This document shows, piece after piece, positions 55,986-64,000 of a stretch of 64,000 bases of DNA. The translations under genes and the position numbers were made by a program. Below the pieces are notes generated by a model. The model was not told the DNA's origin, did not search any database, and worked only from the letters and a program-made list of their open reading frames with translations. Origin of the DNA: Macrostomum lignano (lineage: Eukaryota); NCBI GenBank assembly GCA_002269645.1, contig NIVC01000446.1:372001-436000 (forward strand), in the 5' to 3' direction. The number at the start of each line of letters is the position of its first letter. Within the stretch, counting starts at the first letter, position 1.

Positions 55986-58900
55986 CAGTGTTGCCACTTG
56001 TGGCGTTTTTTAACGCTGGCGTTTTTTTTTGGCGTTAGGCGTTTTTTTTCTCCAAATTCTCACTTTCTGGCGTTTTTTCTTGAATGGTTCATTGATCCTT
56101 GTAATATTTTTGTACTGCACTCAAATAACAGTAATGCTAATAATAAACACTGTACAAAATACAATTTAAAGAACTCGCTTTTGCTTTCCTGCTTAGTAAC
56201 ATTTAGAAACCACTAAAAATACCCCACAGAATTGCCCTTGAACCCACAGAACCGCCCTCAACACCACAGAATCGCCCTCACCCAATACCATAGGTTATTA
56301 TTAGCATACCTGACATTGCCATTTTAACTTAAGTATTTTCATATGCATTTCAATCATAAGCTGATTTTAAACTCCAGACAACAACAACAAAGAATAATTT
56401 CTGTGAGCATGAGCACTGCGTCGAACGATTCAAAGCGAACTCGGCTAACAACTTTCGACGCCGCTTGGATTGTTTCCCTAGAAGCAGAGAAATGGTTGAC
56501 GAAGGGTAAAGTCAATACAGACGCGTTCTGCCTTTTCTGCGATAGACCGATACATGTTGGAAGCGGTGGAATTTCCGCCATCAAACAGCACATGAAAGCA
56601 AAAATTCACGAAGCAAATGCAGCTACAGCACTGCAGCAGAAGCAGAAGTCAATCGCATCCTTCTGCACTAAACAGAAAGATCCAGCAGCTAGTAGTAGCG
56701 ATGACAAGTCAATCAAAACGACTGCAGCCGAAATTCGCTGGGTGTGGAACTCGGCATACAAATCGAAGAGCTTTAACACGGAGGACGACAGCCCTGATTT
56801 ATTCCGAGCCATGTTTTCGGATTCTAAAATCGCTGCAAGCTTTTCTTGTGCCCGCACCAAGCAGGCCTACTTGCTGTCATTCGCGATCGTTCCTTTTGTG
56901 CAGCAAAAAATAACTGAGTCGATTGTGGGTGTGGATGCACTAGAATCGTCATTCGGCTTTTACTCCATCAGCTATGATGAGAGTGACGGTCTTATGATGA
57001 TTTGCGTACGTTATCTTAATTCTGAGGGCAGTGTTGTGGTCGAGATGCTCAACCAACTTCCTCTGGAAGGCCACGACGCTGCTTCATGTGCGCAACTAAT
57101 TCGACAGTGCGTTTTGGACAGCAAGCTCCCTTTATCGAAATGGATTGGAAATTTTTCCGATGGTTGCAGCGTGATGGTTGGCGAACACGCCGGCGTGTCT
57201 GCAATCTTGCGTCAAACTCCTGAGCTCGAACATCTACTTGACATAGGTAGCTGCACACTGCACATTGTTGCCAACGCATTTCGAAAGGCTTCAGACTGTC
57301 ATCTTTCTGAAGTGTCCGACCTTGCTGACGACATTTTTGCCTGCTTCAGCAGAAGCATTACTCGTCGAAAGGAATTCAAGGCCCTGCAAGAACAAATTGG
57401 CATGGCACAGCTTTCCTTCAAGCGGAACGTGGAGTTACGATGGCTCATTCTCCTTCCCTGCTTGGAGCGCATAGAGGAGCAGTGGGTTCCTCTATCTCTC
57501 TTCCTTTCGCAATCTGACGACAATTCTGACCGCATACGAAGACTCCGAGCTGCCATCCAAAACCCGGACACACTGGTTTGCGTCCGATTTATGATCCACG
57601 CTCTAAAGCTTGCAAGCCGCTTTGAGAAACTGCTCCAAGAAAGCTGTACAGTCCTAATTCACCGGCTGCATCCGGAGATGACCGCCTTGCTTGAAGCCAT
57701 TGCCATCCAGTTTATACAACCATCTGCCTTTGAGAAGAAGTCGGTTGCATTCGTCGACTTTAAAGATCAAAGTCTGCATTTACCCATGACAAAGATTGTA
57801 ATTGGCCAGCAAGCTACTCTGCCTGATCGGCAAAAGCCGCTACTTTTTCGCTTTAAGCAGTTTTACCTAGCGGTGGCAACCTACTTGCAGGGGAAGCTGC
57901 CGCTCAAGAAGAAAGTTCTGCGCTGCATGAAGTTTCTGGACTTCACAACTGAAGTCGATGAAGAGGCTGTGCTGTTCGTTGCTAAAAAGCTTCCTCTAGT
58001 CGTTCCAGCTAGCGACATTAGTAGCCTCCAAACTGAGGTTAGGCTACTAAATCTGCGAACCAACGCCGGCGATCTCCTTTTGCCTGACAATCACGACATT
58101 GCTGGTGGTTGGAGGAAGGCTGCCAAGACTGGTCGATACCCGCTTTTATCGCGTCTTGCTTCTGCATGCTGCACCCTGTTTCATGGAAACGCAGATGCAG
58201 AGCGGTTCATCGGAAAGTCCCACGACGCTAGCGCCAATCCAAAGCGAAATCGACTCTCGGACGAAAAGCTCCGAGACTCACTTTTAGCTCGCAGCTTTTT
58301 GTGTGCTCGTAGCCTTAAACCAAAAAATGTGCCGATTCCTGATGAACTAATCCAGGCCGCTTTAAAGGCGAGTTCCGAGTACAAGCAGCGAATGGCTGCT
58401 GAAAAAAAGGCAAGTGAACTGGCAGCAATTAAAAAGGCAGCTGAAGCAGAACAAGAGAAGTTGCGCCGAGAAGCTGAGAAGGTAAAAACATTCCGTGAAA
58501 ACATTAATTACTTTTTATAATGAATTTATATTACTGTATTTAATTCAATATTTCCCGCAACATTATAGAACGCTGAGCGAAAAGATGCACTCGAACGCCT
58601 CGCTCAGGAACAGAGCCAGCAGGTCGCGAAAAAATCGGAGACTACGGCAAAGTGCATTGAAGCCGAGCGAGACGTTCAAATTGCGATTGACAGGCTGCGC
58701 AAAGCACAGGGAGAAGATACGGCCGTTTCTGTTCGGCTGTCACAATTTGAGTCTGAGCGGCTTGTCATTGAACAGCGTGCAATGGACCAAGTCGTTCAGC
58801 GCACAGCCGAGGAAGCAGCAAGGCTGAAGCGACAAGCGGAGAACGCTGCTCTTGCACGCCTTCCCCATGTGCCTAAGAAGAAGAAAAACTAATTATTATA

Positions 58901-59144
58901 ATTTTTGCTCGAAATTTGCTAACAAGTAACTACTGGTTTTTCGTCTTTGGCATTTTTGGAATGAGTGCCGCTGTGTCAGAAGTCACCAGACACAATATAC
59001 GTGCAATAGATACAATATAAGTACAATATTCGAATCCGGTAACAGTGATACGGCTAGCAAGGAAGTCCTTTTTATGAGAAAAAAAGTTGGCGTTATTTTT
59101 TTCGGCCTGCGTTTTTTTTTCGAAATCAGTCAGTGGCAACACTG
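55986..59144 (+). mobile_element. hAT-superfamily DNA transposon (~3.16 kb)
   Basis: 13-bp TIR CAGTGTTGCCACT (55986-55998) and AGTGGCAACACTG (59132-59144) bracketing a hAT-type transposase. No matching 8-bp TSD seen (CTGGCAAT vs GTACACTG). Confidence 0.78.
56343..58892 (+). CDS. hAT-type transposase (BED-like zinc finger, DDE core, C-terminal dimerisation motif) with a spliced second exon
   Basis: 725-aa ORF: FCLFC..KQHMKAKIH (BED-like), YSISYDES, FSDGCSVMVG, SCTLHIV (CxxH), YPLLSRLA..HGNADAERF..KRNRL. Donor AAG|GTAAAA at 58481, acceptor TATAG|AAC at 58569; the 108-codon exon ends PKKKKN* at 58892. Confidence 0.85.
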
Positions 59145-59469
59145 GTACACTGATTTTTCTGCACTATGTAGCCCTGTCAAATTCTCATAGCTGATCGTCC
59201 GTCAGACCCACAGTTTTTTCCGCGATTTCACAAATTGATCTAACTACAGTCTACGGTAGCAGAAAACACTTATTAGTTTTGTCAGACTGTTTCGAGTTTC
59301 TACACAAAATCAATATATAAAAAGGATTGTTAGACCGCCCCTTGTTTTATTCCGAATTCGAGTTTTGTTTTTTTCATTTCCATTTTTGTGTCTTTGCTGC
59401 TTCGTTGTTGCTTCTTTTACAAGCTTTGAGGGATCAAAACTTGTGGGCTTGAAATATTGTTGGATGTTT

Positions 59470-59588
59470 AGATAGATAGATGGGTAGGTAGATAGATGGG
59501 TAGGTAGATAGATAGACAGATAAGTAGATACTCGTACATAGATAGATAGTTAGATAGACAGACAGACAGATAAATAGATAGATGGATG

Positions 59589-59685
<97 letters not shown>

Positions 59686-59686
59686 G

Positions 59687-59737
<51 letters not shown>
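59470..59737. repeat. (GATA)n microsatellite
   Basis: Direct inspection. Confidence 0.97.
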
Positions 59738-60762
59738 CTGTTCTTTATCACTCAGCTTAAGTTGCCGCTTGTTCAATCTGGTTCGGCTGGCGTACTAACC
59801 GCCACCAACTCTGCTTAACTTGGAATCAACATATTCAGCAGGATTATCCTGTGCAAAACTTGTGCATCTCTTATGCCGGCAGTCTTCAGTGTCCGTGTTG
59901 TGCCGTGGAAACGTGTCAAAGCACCATTCCATCCTTTGGTCTGCTGCACGAACGCCGCTGTTCAGGTCAACAGAGAGCGTGAAACCGTTGTTGTCTTGTG
60001 TTGCTTTTTTAACGGCACAGATCGCGGCTGAACAAACTTCAACAGCTGTTGCTGCCAGTCTTGCATATGCCGCACTGGTGATCGTATCGGGACTCTCCTT
60101 CTCTCGCTTGAACCGAAATCCAAAAGTGATGGGATTTTTGTAGGATGGCACAGTCGAACCAAAGAAAAGCAGCTCGCAACTTTTGATAGAGTTAAAAATA
60201 AATAACAATTTTTGCCTTCAACGATCTATCGAACACACCACTATATTGAATTTATTGATCTATTGAATTTTTAATCACGGCTGGTTGTCAATCACACGAA
60301 AACCCTGGCCAAATTGTTGTTCACAATTGTACCAGGGGTCACGGTGGCGCAACAGTCAACAGTCAAGCGTCCGGGATAATGAACGAAGTTGGAGCTTGAA
60401 CTTATTTAATGATTAGTGCTTGCGGATTGTTTCTAAATATCCAAATTGCTTCCAGATGTAACACTGTTTAACAATTTATGCATCTATACTCGTACATTTA
60501 AAGCATCGAGGTCAGGCCAATTAAGTACGAGTTATGTAAAATCGCCAAAATTGGTATAATTATGCAACAAGTTGTGTCCCAAGTGCCAGGAGATAATTTA
60601 CACTGTATAACATACAATTTGGATATTTCATCCTTCCTGTATGAATATGTACAATTTTTACACCCTAAACTGCTAGTTGGTATATGTGGTAATGTTCTGC
60701 ACTTCCCACTGAAGTACATGTAGTGTTTTATATGACGCAGGGGCTTGTTATTCAGCAACCAC

Positions 60763-61056
60763 CATGGATGAATAATATAACTGGATCGCCAGAAGCTCGA
60801 TTTTTTTGGTCCTAGCCATAGACAAGCACCAGCATCACAAGACGCTCAGAATGCCGTACTTTCACACAGACAAATAGCCGCTGCAGAAGCTGCAAACCTT
60901 TATTTATAAGTATTCTATTTTATGTCCAAGCACATGCTCGCAATATATGCAGGGTGAAAGTACGGCATTCTGAGCTTCTTGTGATGCTGGTGCTTGTCTA
61001 TGGCTAGGACCAAAAAAATCGAGCTTCTGGCGATCCAGTTATATTATTCATCCATG
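60763..61056. mobile_element. 294-bp MITE with 103-bp TIRs and 8-bp TSD, P-element-like termini
   Basis: TIRs 60763-60865 and 60954-61056 differ at 1 of 103 positions; GCAACCAC is duplicated at 60755-60762 and 61057-61064; the terminus is CATGGATGAATAATATAAC. Confidence 0.9.
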
Positions 61057-61590
61057 GCAACCACAGCTTCAGTCTATAACTTATCGCACTTTTGTACCAT
61101 GACCTTTGTGCCCGCTGGGCACTTATTCTTGCCTTTTAATGCCATAAACTACATTTAAGCCCGCTTGCAGGAGTCACACTTACTTTAATGCAAATTAGCG
61201 GGCAGTTAATGACATTTAACGCCCGATTGTCTATTTCACACTTACTCTAATGCAAATTAGCGGGCAGTTAATATCGTTAACTGCCCGCTAATTTTGTCCC
61301 ACTTTGTCAAGGACGCAATGTCTATGGCACAATAATAGTAATACCCATGCTTTAAGGGCGTTAATGGGAAAATCAGAGGGGACTATTATTAAATTCCAGC
61401 AGCCAATGAAATTCATGGGGGAATGCCCAATTTTTAGTAGGTTTTGGCCATAGACTCGCTTTCAGATGAGCGATCCTTTCTTTTCCTTCATCCGTGTCTG
61501 TAGTGCATTCTTTTAGACCCAATTTGTCTGTGGCCAAACCATTCAGTGCTGTGCAAAACAGCAAATCTAGATGTAATTGTTCTGTGGTAC

Positions 61591-61800
61591 GGGTTTTAGC
61601 CTAGTGGTTAGAGCGTCAGACTCGCGACTGAAAGCTGTCCCGGGTTCGATTCTCGACTCACTCGGAACAATTTGTGTCCTTGAGCAAGACAGTTAACTCA
61701 GCATTGCTTCAGTCAGCACTAGCTGGGGTAATTGAGGGTGTGTGGCTACCCCCCTCCCCACTCAGTCCCTGGACTGAACAGCCGTACGCAGCTTTCAATA
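61591..61800 (+). mobile_element. tRNA-derived SINE
   Basis: A box TAGCCTAGTGG (61597-61607) and B box GGTTCGATTC (61643-61652), followed by a non-tRNA body (TGTGTCCTTGAGCAAGACA..TTAAC, GCTGGGGTAATTGAGGGTGTG) that recurs elsewhere in the window. Confidence 0.8.
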
Positions 61801-61980
61801 CCATTAGGGCAGTTATACTCATTCCTTTAGATAACTTGTCAACGATTGGTTAGGCCAGAGGCTCAGCAAATCAGCATTAGTCTAAGGTTGGAGGAATGAT
61901 CTTTAACTACAAAAGTGCCAGACAAACTGGTTTTGGAATTCACTGACTAAAGATATTACATCTCGACTTCCAACTGAACA

Positions 61981-62839
61981 ATGGAGAGCTCTAATTCTAT
62001 GGTCAGTACAGCTATGGCGAATTCTAGCGAAAACAGCAGCTGCTCTGACAGCCTCCAGCTAGACAGGTGGTCATTGGCCACCGCGCTTGCATTGGGAGCG
62101 ATCTCGTTTGCCACTGTCTTCGGCAACTCCTTGGTACTTCTCGCTGTCCTGCTGCACACATCGCTGCGCTCTACCACCGTCATCTTTGTCTCTAACCTGG
62201 CCGTTGCTGACCTGTTGCTAGGGGTCTGCGTTCTGCCTCTGAGCAGCGTGCTGGAAATTACCCACGGCTGCTGGCTGTTCGGGCCGCTGCTCTGCGACCT
62301 GTGGGCCTCAATTGACGTGCTGTGCTGCACCGCCAGCATCATGTCGCTGTGCGCCATCTCAATGGATCGCTACGTCGGAGTGACCCGGCCGCTGCAGAGG
62401 GGCCGTATTGTCAGCAAGCGGCGGGCCTGCGTCATTGTCCTGTGCGTCTGGTTGCTGTCAGGCCTCGTGTCAGTCGGCCCGCTTATTGGCTGGCGAGACC
62501 AGCAGCAGCAGCAGGCAGCAGACGGCGATCACCAGCAGTGCGCGGTGTCCGACAATCCGTCCTACATTATGTTCTCCTCGCTGTTCTCGTTCTATCTGCC
62601 GCTTGGCATTGTCGTGTTCTTCTACATCCGGGTCTACCAGGCGGCGGCGCGCCAGACTCGCTTCCTCGCCTCCGGGGTCAAGACGACTCGAGCGACCGGC
62701 CACGGTTCCTCCAATGCCTCGCATGCCACTGCGTCTGACACCGTCACGCTGCGGGTACATCGCGGCGGCGCCGGAGCTGGTGGCGGCCGCGGCGGTCCAT
62801 CGGGTGACCTGCAGTTCAGCTCGCGACTGCTCGCAGCAG
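61981..62839 (+). CDS. Rhodopsin-class aminergic GPCR (alpha-1 adrenergic / alpha-octopamine-like), first coding exon (TM1-TM5), 3'-incomplete
   Basis: GNSLV (TM1), SNLAVADLLLG (TM2), CDLWASIDVLCCTASIMSLCAISMDRYVGV (TM3, with Asp3.32 and DRY), WLLS (TM4), FSSLFSFYLPL (TM5 serines); donor GCAG|GTGAAG at 62839. Confidence 0.9.
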
Positions 62840-63084
62840 GTGAAGATTTTGGCTGTAAAATGCATTACCGAGATTAGGAAGCTTTCAGGTTTTTTTAGCA
62901 CTTTTTCTAAGCAAGAATTCGCTGTCTTGCACAGCGCTGAATGGGCTTTGGCTATAGACAATCTCGGTTTAGAAACAATACAGCAAGACAGTAACAACTG
63001 AAATTTTGCTTGCTTGCGTTGTCTTGTAGCATTTAAAAATTAATTGAACTCTCAATAGACAATCGTCTCTATACCTCATACTGG

Positions 63085-63385
63085 CGCCCCTGGTGCTGGA
63101 ACCCCTGGTGCTAAAGCCCCTGGTGCTAAAGCCCCCTGTTGCTAAAGCCCCTGTTGCTAAAGCCCCTGGTGCTAAAGCCCCCTTTTGCTAAAGCCCCTGT
63201 TGCTAAAGCCCCTGGTGCTAAAGCCCCTGGTGCTAAAGCCCCCTGTTGCTAAAGCCCCTGTTGCTAAAGCCCCTGTTGCTAAAGCCCCTGTTGCTAAAGC
63301 CCCTGGTGCTAAAGCCCCCTGTTGCTAAAGCCCCTGTTGCTAAAGCCCCTGGTGCAAAAGCCCCTGTGCAAAAGCCTTTGGTGCT
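63085..63385. repeat. Minisatellite in the GPCR intron, 15-16-bp unit GCTAAAGCCCCT(G)(G/T)T
   Basis: Direct inspection. Confidence 0.93.
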
Positions 63386-64000
63386 GGCGCCGAGTTTCAT
63401 TTATAGCTACGAGAAACAGTCAGCTTACAAGTAAAAAGCAGTCCCAATTCAAGTCTATGCAGAAATGTGACGTCATTCTCCTACGTATAGAACCTATGCG
63501 ACAGGGACTACTAAAACATCGGGACGGGAAACAAGGCAAATCATGGCGAAGTTTTTACGAGGCTGGTTAAATCTATGGCCGCGTCAATGCAGCAGTAGCT
63601 ATTTCAATATTTTAATAAATATTATACTTTATTATATCTGTGAATTTTTATATTCAGGTGCTTCTATGAACTGTGTATATTTATTTGAAAGTTCATTGGA
63701 AAAATATTTCATAAAACATATAAGGTAACATTGAGGGCTATTTGTAAGGGCCGTTAATAGTGAATGTCTGCACTCTCGTTGCACAAACGGGTGAGTGGGC
63801 AGTTAAGCGTCGCTCCCCCTCAACCGAGTACATGCCAACAACACAAGCAGAAAAATCTGGCTAGTCCTATCCGTCGTCACCATTCTCATGGGCAGTAGTT
63901 AACCGGTTAATTACTGGGTTAACCGCCTCCTGTCGTCGTCGCTAACTTTGGCGTTGACTCGCGGACCTGCCATACAGAACGTAATACGACTTGGCAAACT

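Noticed and set aside
59795-60208. 137-aa minus-strand ORF downstream of the hAT element
   Set aside because: No recognisable motif, no convincing start or splice context, and overlapping short ORFs in other frames; cannot be supported without a homology search.
61591-61665. Possible tRNA gene (TCG in an anticodon-like loop)
   Set aside because: I could not form a convincing acceptor stem, and it continues directly into a body found in three other dispersed copies, so it is better explained as a SINE head.

Overview
Eukaryotic, animal-type genomic DNA with spliced genes. GC-rich exons and minisatellite-packed introns suggest a flatworm such as Macrostomum, but this is an inference only. Positions 1-55649 hold the 3' ~3,860 codons of an RNF213/mysterin-like AAA+ ATPase/E3 ligase gene on the + strand. 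I reconstructed 30 exons by hand with consistent GT-AG phases, including the AAA+ P-loops, a variant RING and an intact RZ finger that needs a 35-nt micro-exon missing from the ORF track. The intron that interrupts the gene right after a Walker B motif contains a 16,977-bp CACTA/EnSpm-type DNA transposon (10520-27496; 24-bp CCCGG TIRs, TTA target duplication, CGACCGT subterminal arrays). It carries three co-oriented, spliced, apparently intact genes on the - strand: a DDE transposase, an F-box/LRR protein and a coiled-coil/BEN-like protein. This cargo-bearing giant transposon is the most interesting object in the window. Sixteen of the 29 host introns contain their own distinct tandem repeat. 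There are also several MITE, foldback and SINE families, a hAT element with a spliced transposase (55986-59144), a P-like MITE, and the first exon of an alpha-1-adrenergic/octopamine-like GPCR. All assignments come from motif recognition by eye; no database searches were run.
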